NCBI GenBank assembly: GCA_045591885.1
Contig: JAZNTT010000047.1
Location: 1 to 57,913 of the forward strand
Source: Eubacteriales bacterium
Lineage (GTDB): Bacteria; Bacillota; Clostridia; Oscillospirales; CAG-272
Direction of reading: 5' to 3'
Length of the DNA stretch: 57,913 bases
The first letter of the stretch is position 1; every line of letters starts with the position of its first letter. The notes beneath the pieces are model-generated. The model saw only the letters and a list, made by a program, of their open reading frames with translations. It searched no databases and was not told the origin of the DNA. The translations under genes and the position numbers were made by a program. This document shows, piece by piece, positions 24,794-33,109 of this stretch.

Positions 24794-27073
24794 ATGAGAA
24801 ACACAGTATCCCTTAATAAAGATTGGCTATTTGTAAAAAACACGGCAGACATCACCGCGCGCGAAGGCGAGGCGGTGAACCTTCCTCATTCATGGAACGC
24901 TATCGACGGTCAGGACGGCGGAAACGACTACTTCCGCGGCACCTGTCTTTACGTCAAGACCCTTATAAAGGAGGAGCTTCCGACGGCGGACAGATACTAC
25001 GTTGAGCTTCGCGGAGCAAACTCCTCGGCGGACCTCTACGTCGGCGGCAAAAAGCTCGCGCATCACGATGGCGGATATTCAACGTGGAGAGTAGATATAA
25101 CGGAGGAAATGACCGATAAGACCGAGATAGCTGTATTGGTCGATAATTCCCCCTCAGATACGGTCTATCCGCAGATGGCAGACTTCACGTTCTATGGCGG
25201 AATCTACCGCGACGTCAACCTTATTTGCGTGAACGAGACACATTTTGACCTCGATTATTACGGCGCTCCCGGTATTGCGATCACTCCGACGGTAAACGGT
25301 GCAGAAGCGAGCGTTGAGGTCGAGGTGTACGTTACGAATCTCAAAGAGGGACAGACGATCGTCTATACCGTCTACGATAAGGAAGAAAACGAGCTTTATA
25401 AGATAGAATCGACCGAGACAAAGGCGGTGTTCGACATGAAGAGCGTGCGCCTCTGGAACGGACGTAAGGATCCTTACCTCTACTGCTGTGAAGCGGAGAT
25501 AATGGAGAACGGCGAGGTCGTTGATAACGTGTGCAGCCGTTTTGGCTGCCGTACATTCAAGATCGACCCCGAAAACGGCTTCATACTCAACGGCGAGGAA
25601 TATCCTCTGCGCGGCGTTTCGCGCCATCAGGACAGATGGGGCGTCGGCAACGCGCTTCTTCCCGAGCATCATGAGGAGGATATTGACCTTATCTGTGAGG
25701 TCGGTGCAACCACGATCCGACTCGCTCACTATCAGCACGATCAGTATTTCTTCGATCTCTGCGACGAACGCGGTCTCGTTATATGGGCGGAGATCCCCTA
25801 TATCTCGAAGCACATGCCTCTCGGACGTGAGAATACTGTCTCACAGATGAAGGAGCTGGTATATCAGAACTATAACCACCCCTCGATCGTCGTATGGGGA
25901 CTCTCGAACGAGATCTCGATCGGCGGCTCCGACGATGATCTGCTCGAAAACCACAGAATCCTGAACGACCTCGTTCACGAGCTCGATAAGACACGTCTGA
26001 CGACCATCGCGGCAGTTTCGATGTGCAAGATGGACGACCCGTATCTGCTTATCCCCGACGTTGTTTCCTATAACCACTATTTCGGCTGGTACGGCGGAGA
26101 TACCTCGATGAACGGCCCGTGGTTCGATAAATTCCACGAGGTTCACCCGAATATTCCGATAGGCTGCTCAGAGTACGGCTGTGAAGCTCTTAACTGGCAT
26201 ACCTCCGACCCGAAGCAGGGCGACTATACCGAGGAATATCAGGCATACTATCACGAGGAGCTTATAAAGCAGCTCTTCACCCGTAAATATATCTGGGCAA
26301 CGCATGTATGGAATATGTTCGATTTCGGCGCGGATGCGAGAGCCGAGGGCGGCGAGAACGGACAGAATCATAAGGGTCTTGTCACGATGGACAGAAAGTA
26401 TAAGAAGGATTCCTTCTATGCTTATAAGGCATGGCTCGTTTCCCCGGAGACTGATCCGTTTGTCCATCTCTGCGGAAAGAGATATGTAGACAGAGTTGAG
26501 GACGTTACAAAGGTAACGGTCTACTCGAATCTCCCCGAGGTCGAGCTTTTCGTAAACGGCGAAAGCATCGGCAAAAAGACCGCTCCCGATCATTTCTTCT
26601 ATTTTGACGTCAAGAACACGGGCGAGAGTAAGATCGTAGCAAAGGCAGGCGAGCTTACCGACGAGGGAATCATTCGCAAGGTCGATACGATGAATATGGA
26701 CTACGTCCTCGTCGAAAAGGGCGCGGTTCTGAATTGGTTCGATATCACCGCTCCCGAGGGACGCTTCTCGCTCAACGATAAAATATCCGATATTATCGAG
26801 ACAAAGCGCGGAAAGCTCTGGCTCATCAGCATGGGACTCAAGCTCAAAAAGAAGATGAACGCAAACAAGAAGCAGAAGGACGGCGAAAAGAAGTCGGGAG
26901 GCTTCGACGTCGACCTCAGCGGAGGAGCAGAAAGCGGCATTATGCAGATGCTCGGCGGCTTCTCGGTGCTTCGTCTTTCGAGCATGATGGGAATGATGAA
27001 TATTTCCTTTACCAAGGAAGAGCTTCTCAAAATGAATAAGAAGCTTAATAAGATCAAAAAACCGAAGAGATAA
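24794..27073 (+). CDS. Glycoside hydrolase family 2 (beta-glucuronidase/beta-galactosidase type)
   Basis: The start at 24794 follows AAGGAG. WGLSNEIS is the acid/base region, YNHYFGWY is present, CSEYGCE is the nucleophile region, and WNMFDFGAD...GQNHKGLVTMDRKYKKDSFYAYKAW carries an N-x-K motif. There is a ~150-aa Lys-rich C-terminal extension. Confidence 0.85.
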   Translation: MRNTVSLNKDWLFVKNTADITAREGEAVNLPHSWNAIDGQDGGNDYFRGTCLYVKTLIKEELPTADRYYVELRGANSSADLYVGGKKLAHHDGGYSTWRVDITEEMTDKTEIAVLVDNSPSDTVYPQMADFTFYGGIYRDVNLICVNETHFDLDYYGAPGIAITPTVNGAEASVEVEVYVTNLKEGQTIVYTVYDKEENELYKIESTETKAVFDMKSVRLWNGRKDPYLYCCEAEIMENGEVVDNVCSRFGCRTFKIDPENGFILNGEEYPLRGVSRHQDRWGVGNALLPEHHEEDIDLICEVGATTIRLAHYQHDQYFFDLCDERGLVIWAEIPYISKHMPLGRENTVSQMKELVYQNYNHPSIVVWGLSNEISIGGSDDDLLENHRILNDLVHELDKTRLTTIAAVSMCKMDDPYLLIPDVVSYNHYFGWYGGDTSMNGPWFDKFHEVHPNIPIGCSEYGCEALNWHTSDPKQGDYTEEYQAYYHEELIKQLFTRKYIWATHVWNMFDFGADARAEGGENGQNHKGLVTMDRKYKKDSFYAYKAWLVSPETDPFVHLCGKRYVDRVEDVTKVTVYSNLPEVELFVNGESIGKKTAPDHFFYFDVKNTGESKIVAKAGELTDEGIIRKVDTMNMDYVLVEKGAVLNWFDITAPEGRFSLNDKISDIIETKRGKLWLISMGLKLKKKMNANKKQKDGEKKSGGFDVDLSGGAESGIMQMLGGFSVLRLSSMMGMMNISFTKEELLKMNKKLNKIKKPKR

Positions 27074-27082
27074 GCGTAAAGA

Positions 27083-27106
27083 CCTCGGCGAAAGCCGAGG
27101 CCTTTA
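27083..27106 (+). terminator. Probable terminator after GH2
   Basis: CCTCGGC-gaaa-GCCGAGG with a weak T tract. Confidence 0.45.
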
Positions 27107-27275
27107 CTATGTTGGCGCGCTTCGGATTTCCTTACTATATATAAATACCGCCAAAATGTCGGTGTTTGCATAAATAGTTGCAAAAATATCACACCTATAA
27201 TGCAAAATACCGAGGATTTCTCGGCATTTTTCTACATTTATTGAATGATATTTCGCCTAAAATTGTAAAAGGTGG

Positions 27276-27304
27276 TTGACAAACGAAATTTTCCGTGATA
27301 AAAT
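27276..27304 (+). promoter_or_regulatory. sigmaA-type promoter of the Opp-type operon
   Basis: TTGACA (27276-27281), a 17-nt spacer, then TAAAAT (27299-27304). A TGtTATAAT also follows at 27305-27313. Confidence 0.6.
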
Positions 27305-27438
27305 TGTTATAATCATATACTCCTATAGTTGTTTCGTTATGCAAATAGGTTTTAATGAGGGTAAAGCCGTTTGCGTGATGGGCCGATTGTGTGGGTAAGT
27401 GAAAGAACATTTTTTAATCCGTTAATGGAGGACATATC

Positions 27439-30198
27439 ATGAACAAGAAATTTAGATCCATTCTTGCGCTGGTACTGTGCTTCGTAATGGTATCAGCTGT
27501 TGCAACCGGCTGTGCAGACAACGGCCCCCGCGACACTTCCGTTACCTATAATACGACCACTACTACCATGCCCAGCAACTGGAACGAAATGACCTATGCT
27601 GATAACAATGATACTCAGATCATGAGCTACATTGGATCTTCCTTCTTCGATTACGACTACAAGTTCGAAAACGACAAGAAGTATAACGAAGACGGTACTA
27701 TCAACAAGGCAGGCATCGTTCCCGGCGCATACACCACCAACTACTCCGCAGCAACCAAGCTCGAGGACGTTACCTCGACTGTTGACGCAAAGTGGGGCTA
27801 TACTGACGCTCAAAAGGCACAGGGCGGCTACGCTTGGAAGATCACTCTCCGTGATGACCTTAAGTGGGACGACGGAACGCCCATTAAGGCAGCTGACTTC
27901 GTATATTCCATGAAGCAGCAGCTCGATCCTGCGTTCATGAACTTCCGTGCAAACACCTATTATGATACCCTCAGAATCAAGAACTCGAAGGCATACTTCT
28001 TCTCCGGCGCTCCTATCTATGAGAACGCTCCTTGGCTCGTATACGACGAGAAAGAAGAATGGTTCACCGAAGAGAGCTACCTCACCGAGTACTCCTTTGA
28101 CGATGACGGTTACGCATACGTAACTATCGACGGCGAGAAGGTTCCGCTTTACCTTTCTACCGTTCTCGTTAACAACTGCTTCGGCGCTGACTGGGCTACC
28201 ATTCACACCGAGCTCGGCTACGGTGCTGCAGGTTACTTCTATAAGCCTTACGAGGGCGAGACCGGCGAAGGCGTTAAGCTTCCTGCATACGTTGTAGCTA
28301 AGGAAAAGGCTGTAGACGCTGACAAAGACGGCAAGGGCGACGTTGACGCTGAAGGTAAGCCCGTTACCGAAACCGTTTACTATGAGGATCTCTACCTCAA
28401 GCTTTCCGCTAAGGAAAACGACCGTAACGTATTCCAGCCTAAGAAAGAGGACATGGACGACATCGAGGTTCTCTGCCAGAACTTTGCTGCTTTCGGCGCT
28501 GAATGGAACCTCTTCGTATTCCAGCTCACCGGCTACGGCGACAAGGTTGAGTGGGACACCGTTGGTATCTACTCTATCGACGCAGAGAACGCAATCGTTG
28601 TCTGCCTCGACGTAGCATTCAAGCTTATCAACGAAGACAACACTCTTAACTATCAGGCGGCATACTATATGTCCAGCCTTCCCCTCGTTCACCAGGCAAA
28701 GTATGAGGCATCCAAGAAGGAGCCCGCTGAAGGCGCTACTCTCTGGACTTCCAACTACAACTCTTCTCTTGAGACCACCGCTTCTTGGGGTCCCTACAAG
28801 CTCGTAGAATTTGAGGCAGGTTCTCACTACAAGCTCGTTAAGAACGAGAACTGGTACGGTTGGAACATGGAGCAGTACAAGGGTCAGTACAATATTGACG
28901 CTGTTTACTGCCGTAAGGTTGAGGAATGGAATACCGCATGGATGGGCTTCCTTAACGGTACCTACGACGACGCTTCTCTCCAGACTGATAACGCAGCAGA
29001 GTACGTAGACTCCAAGTACGTTTACTACACCTCCACCTCTACCGGTACCTTTGGTATGCAGCTCTTCTCGGACCTCAACGTCCTCAAGAACAGCGAAAAC
29101 AACAACGGTATCCTTGCTATCAAGGACTTCAGACACGCATTCAATCTCGCTCTTAACAGAAGCGACATCGTTGAAAAGATCTGGCCCGGCTCCGCAATTC
29201 CTTGCTTCGGTCTCGTAAACGTTGCATACTACTACGATATCGAAAACTCCTCTACTCTTGCTGACGGCGGTCAGTACAGAAACACCGAAATCGCTAAGGC
29301 AGGTATCCTCCGCGCTTACGGCTTCACCGAAGCTGACGGCAAGTGGTCCTCCGGCGAGCTTAAGGACCTCTCTCTTGACGAGGCATACGAGGCTCTCACC
29401 GGTTACAACCCTGTTCTTGCGAAGGAAAAGTTCGCAGCAGCCGTTGCTGAGCTTACTGCTAACGCAGACAAGTACGGCTACGACGCTACCAAGGACATCA
29501 CTCTCGTTTACGGTTCTTCCGCAGATACCGACAAGCAGAGATTCCGCGCTAACTACCTCCAGGAGATCCTTTCCGACCTCGCTAAGGGTACTTCCCTTGA
29601 AGGTAAGATCAAGGTTAAGTTCGACGCATCCGCAGGTTCTAAGTGGGCAGAAGCATTCCGTTCCGGCAAGACTCAGATCGGCTTCGGTTACGGCTTCTCC
29701 GGTAACCCCTTCAACCCCTTCGATATCATCGGCGCATTCGTTAACCCTGATGACGATCTCAACTACCACATGTACTGGGATACCTCTAAGATCGATATGA
29801 CTCTCACCATGCCCGCAGGCGACTACGAAGGCGCTGGCGAGACCATCACCATGAGTGTACAGAACTGGTACTTCTGCCTCAACGGCCTCGCAGAGTCCGA
29901 AAAGCAGGCAAAGACCTACAACTGGGGCGCTGGCTTTGCTCCTACCGAAGCACGTCTTATGATCCTCTCCGCACTTGAAGAGCTCACCATCGGTGAGAGC
30001 CGTTCCGTTATGCTTATCGCTGACTCCGGCGGATCCTTCCTCGGTGCTAAGTTCTCCTACTTCTCTTCTGAAGAGAACGTATTCATGGGCTTCGGCGGCA
30101 TCAGATACATGGAGGTTAACTATAACAACGCTGATTGGGCTGACTACGTTAAGTCCATGGGCGGTAAGCTCGAGAAGGAATACAAGAAGTCCGAGTAA
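27439..30198 (+). CDS. Oversized (919 aa) family-5 (peptide/oligosaccharide, OppA-like) ABC substrate-binding lipoprotein
   Basis: Lipobox VATGC at the end of the signal peptide. SBP-5 core pattern (YAWKITLRDDLKWDDGTPIKAADFVYSMKQQLDP). Strongly biased codon usage. Confidence 0.85.
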   Translation: MNKKFRSILALVLCFVMVSAVATGCADNGPRDTSVTYNTTTTTMPSNWNEMTYADNNDTQIMSYIGSSFFDYDYKFENDKKYNEDGTINKAGIVPGAYTTNYSAATKLEDVTSTVDAKWGYTDAQKAQGGYAWKITLRDDLKWDDGTPIKAADFVYSMKQQLDPAFMNFRANTYYDTLRIKNSKAYFFSGAPIYENAPWLVYDEKEEWFTEESYLTEYSFDDDGYAYVTIDGEKVPLYLSTVLVNNCFGADWATIHTELGYGAAGYFYKPYEGETGEGVKLPAYVVAKEKAVDADKDGKGDVDAEGKPVTETVYYEDLYLKLSAKENDRNVFQPKKEDMDDIEVLCQNFAAFGAEWNLFVFQLTGYGDKVEWDTVGIYSIDAENAIVVCLDVAFKLINEDNTLNYQAAYYMSSLPLVHQAKYEASKKEPAEGATLWTSNYNSSLETTASWGPYKLVEFEAGSHYKLVKNENWYGWNMEQYKGQYNIDAVYCRKVEEWNTAWMGFLNGTYDDASLQTDNAAEYVDSKYVYYTSTSTGTFGMQLFSDLNVLKNSENNNGILAIKDFRHAFNLALNRSDIVEKIWPGSAIPCFGLVNVAYYYDIENSSTLADGGQYRNTEIAKAGILRAYGFTEADGKWSSGELKDLSLDEAYEALTGYNPVLAKEKFAAAVAELTANADKYGYDATKDITLVYGSSADTDKQRFRANYLQEILSDLAKGTSLEGKIKVKFDASAGSKWAEAFRSGKTQIGFGYGFSGNPFNPFDIIGAFVNPDDDLNYHMYWDTSKIDMTLTMPAGDYEGAGETITMSVQNWYFCLNGLAESEKQAKTYNWGAGFAPTEARLMILSALEELTIGESRSVMLIADSGGSFLGAKFSYFSSEENVFMGFGGIRYMEVNYNNADWADYVKSMGGKLEKEYKKSE

Positions 30199-30241
30199 TT
30201 TCGGATACGAACCCGTTAGGAATTATTAAACCCTAATAAAA

Positions 30242-30273
30242 AGCGGTGGGCGAAACTCCTTTCGCTCACCGCT
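30242..30273 (+). other. Intercistronic 14-bp hairpin after the SBP gene
   Basis: AGCGGTGGGCGAAA-ctcc-TTTCGCTCACCGCT (one G-U pair) with no T-run. It lies in a 306-nt gap before the permease genes. Confidence 0.5.
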
Positions 30274-30504
30274 GACTTCGTCTTTGCAATAAGACAAAAA
30301 ACGCACAATAATCCCCATATAACAGTAAAATCGCACTGAACAAGATAAAAAAAGACAGCATACGGCAGAACAGCTTGGCTGTAATTTTGTTTTCTGCCAA
30401 GCTCCCTCACAAATCTCCCCAACACGGTTGCGTTGGAGAGGACTGTGACGGTTTTTACCGTAATTTTTAAGCAGGAAAATAACAATAACAGAGGAGAAAG
30501 ACCT

Positions 30505-31512
30505 ATGTATATGTTTAAATATGTGACGAAGCGTCTTGGCTTGATGTTGTTCACCTTCCTCATCATTTTTACGATGTGCTTTACACTCATCAAGCTCCTT
30601 CCTATCCCGACGAACGCACTTCCGGGACAGGACCCCGAGATCGTCATGAAGACTCTCGAAGGACGCGGCTGGATCACAAACATCCGTCCGGCGGCTAACG
30701 GAACGTATGATTACGACAGAGTTCCGATACTCATCCAGTTCGGAAACTATATCAAGAGAATATTCACCGAGGGCGACTTCGGTATCGTAACTACCTACGG
30801 TGAGTATATGAACATGAATATTTGGGAGGTTTTCGTAGAGCATCTTCCCCCTACGATCCTCATCAATATCTACTCGACCCTGATCGGCGTACCGATCGGT
30901 CTCGGTCTGGGTATTTTGGCTGCGCTCAAAAAGAATAAGTGGCAGGATCAGCTTATCAACGTTATCATAATTCTTTTGATATCCATGCCTTCCATCGTAC
31001 TTGCGCTCATGCTCCAGTACATATTCTGCTTCACGCTCGGCTGGTTCCCGCTGACGATGTCAACGAGTAACGAGTATTTCACGTGGGAAGTATTTCATTC
31101 GATGATCCCCGCAGTCTTCGCGCTTTGTCTCGGCTCTATTGCCGGCTACGCACGTTTCACCCGTGCAGAGCTTTCCGAGGTCTTGACGGGCGAGTTTATG
31201 CTCCTTGCGAGAACGAAGGGACTTACGAAGCGTCAGGCGATCATGCGCCACGCTATGCGTAACTCGATGGTCGTAATCTTCCCGTCGATCCTTAGTGAAT
31301 TTATCTCGGTCCTTTCGGGCTCGCTCATCATCGAGAAGATGTTCGGAATCAACGGTGTCGGAGGACTTTACCTTAACTCTATCACCTTCCAGGACTATGA
31401 TTTCTTTATGCTTCTGTCGGGCTTCTATACCTTGGTCAGCTTGACCGCAGGTATCGTTATCGACATAAGCTACGGCTTCATCGACCCGAGAATCAGAATG
31501 GGGGCTAAATAA
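30505..31512 (+). CDS. Opp/Dpp-type ABC permease (OppB-like)
   Basis: The start at 30505 follows GAGGAGAAAG. MFKYVTKRLGLMLFTF is a typical OppB N-terminus. Also LLARTKGLTKRQAIMRHAMRNSMV. Confidence 0.9.
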   Translation: MYMFKYVTKRLGLMLFTFLIIFTMCFTLIKLLPIPTNALPGQDPEIVMKTLEGRGWITNIRPAANGTYDYDRVPILIQFGNYIKRIFTEGDFGIVTTYGEYMNMNIWEVFVEHLPPTILINIYSTLIGVPIGLGLGILAALKKNKWQDQLINVIIILLISMPSIVLALMLQYIFCFTLGWFPLTMSTSNEYFTWEVFHSMIPAVFALCLGSIAGYARFTRAELSEVLTGEFMLLARTKGLTKRQAIMRHAMRNSMVVIFPSILSEFISVLSGSLIIEKMFGINGVGGLYLNSITFQDYDFFMLLSGFYTLVSLTAGIVIDISYGFIDPRIRMGAK

Positions 31513-31514
31513 TT

Positions 31515-33104
31515 ATGGACAAGACAAAGAACATATATGATATCCCCGCCGAAAAATTTCAGTTTGCACGAAGAAACGACCTGCTCCACGACAGTAAGTT
31601 CGACACCAAGCCGGTAAGCTATTTCCAGGGCGCATTCCGCCGCTTCTGTAAAAACAAGGGCGCGGTCGTTGGCGGAATTATAATCGTAATATTAATACTT
31701 TTCGCAATAATTGCACCCTTCTTCACTCCCTTCCAGCCCAAGTACTATGATATGTCGTACGCACACGTCGAGCCCAAGAACGAGTTCTTCGTAAAGCGCG
31801 GCTTCGATTTCTGGGACGGCTGCAGAGAGAAGAAGACCAACTACCTTGGATATATCAAGGACTGTGCTCTTGCTCAGGAAACGGGCAGAGAAGTAATTAA
31901 GAACGGTAAATATTCGGTAAGTGAAGACGGTACCAACTATACCTACCGTTACGATACCTACTACGGCGTCGGCTTCGGTAAATATAAGGTCATCTCCCGA
32001 GAAAAATTCGAGGCGATACAGAAGTATCAGCTCGAGACCGGCAGACAGGTGCTTTATCCCGTCGTCAAGTTCTCGGACAGACCCACGCACACCAAGAACC
32101 AGTACGAGGCAGCATACTATTACCAGGTAGAAGACCAAAAGGCGGCTACCTTGCGTCCCAAGGTTGATGAAAACGGCAAGGTAATTCCCAACTATTGGAA
32201 ATACGAGGCAAACGACGTCTCGAACCAGATAGCAGAGTACAATTCTCTCCGTATCGAAGGCGAAAACGGTATAACGGGTGAGGACGGCAAGCAGTACTTC
32301 TATGCTTACGGCCGTAAGGTCGACGGAGGTATAGAGGTCAGAGCCGAATACTACGAGTACTATATCTACGAGCATACACAGGAAAAGAAGGATGGTATCA
32401 CCAAGCCGGTATTCTGGTTTGGTACGACCAGCACCGGTAAGGACATCTTCGCATGCCTTGCATACGGTGCAAGATTCTCCTTTATTTTCGCCAGCGTCGT
32501 TGCAATTGCAAACTTCATAGTGGGAGTTATCTGGGGATCCATCTCCGGTTACTTCGGCGGAAAGATCGACCTTTTCATGGAAAGATTTTCCGAGATACTC
32601 GGCTCCGTGCCTACCATGATCGTTATTACGCTTCTCAAATATCACATGGGCTCGTCCAGCCAGGCGCTCGTCCTGTTCATCGCGTTCTTCGCGACGGGAT
32701 GGATCGGTATGGCAGGCAGAACCCGTATGCAGTTCTACCGCTTCAAGAATCAGGAGTACGTTCTTGCGGCAAGAACGCTCGGCGCACGCGACACGAGAAT
32801 CATGTTCAAGCATATCTTCCCGAACGGTCTCGGAACGATCGTTACGAGCTTTGCTCTTGTCATTCCCGGTATGATCTACTCGGAGACCAGTCTCTCCTAC
32901 CTTGGAATCATCAATCTCGAAGCAGGAAACACGACTTCGGTAGGTACGCTTATTGCAGCGGGACAGCAGTCCATCATTGCTAACGCGGCATACGTTGCAC
33001 TCTTCCCGTGCTTCTTCCTGGTTCTGTTGATGCTCAGCTTCAACTTGTTCGGTAACGGTCTGCGCGATGCGTTCAACCCGTCACTCAGAGGTTCGGAGGA
33101 TTAA
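31515..33104 (+). CDS. Opp/Dpp-type ABC permease (OppC-like) with a ~240-aa extracytoplasmic insertion between TM1 and TM2
   Basis: The TM1 block VVGGIIIVILILFAIIAPFF is followed by a long hydrophilic region up to FSFIFASVVAIANFIVGVIWG. Conserved VLAARTLGARDTRIMFKHIFPN. Confidence 0.85.
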   Translation: MDKTKNIYDIPAEKFQFARRNDLLHDSKFDTKPVSYFQGAFRRFCKNKGAVVGGIIIVILILFAIIAPFFTPFQPKYYDMSYAHVEPKNEFFVKRGFDFWDGCREKKTNYLGYIKDCALAQETGREVIKNGKYSVSEDGTNYTYRYDTYYGVGFGKYKVISREKFEAIQKYQLETGRQVLYPVVKFSDRPTHTKNQYEAAYYYQVEDQKAATLRPKVDENGKVIPNYWKYEANDVSNQIAEYNSLRIEGENGITGEDGKQYFYAYGRKVDGGIEVRAEYYEYYIYEHTQEKKDGITKPVFWFGTTSTGKDIFACLAYGARFSFIFASVVAIANFIVGVIWGSISGYFGGKIDLFMERFSEILGSVPTMIVITLLKYHMGSSSQALVLFIAFFATGWIGMAGRTRMQFYRFKNQEYVLAARTLGARDTRIMFKHIFPNGLGTIVTSFALVIPGMIYSETSLSYLGIINLEAGNTTSVGTLIAAGQQSIIANAAYVALFPCFFLVLLMLSFNLFGNGLRDAFNPSLRGSED

Positions 33105-33109
33105 GTCAG

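Noticed and set aside
27493-29769. 758-aa reverse-strand ORF, and its analogues at 33131-35521 (796 aa), 17811-19379 (522 aa), 50490-52007 (505 aa), 11315-12730 (471 aa), 4709-5863, 21249-22403, 31692-32813, 23884-24855 and 14257-15219
   Set aside because: Each is nested antisense within a gene whose forward translation shows unmistakable family motifs (lipobox/SBP, Walker/signature, EAA loops, SHMT). The antisense products are low-complexity (V/R/L/E-rich) with no motifs or RBS. Long open antisense frames are an expected by-product of this genome's codon bias.
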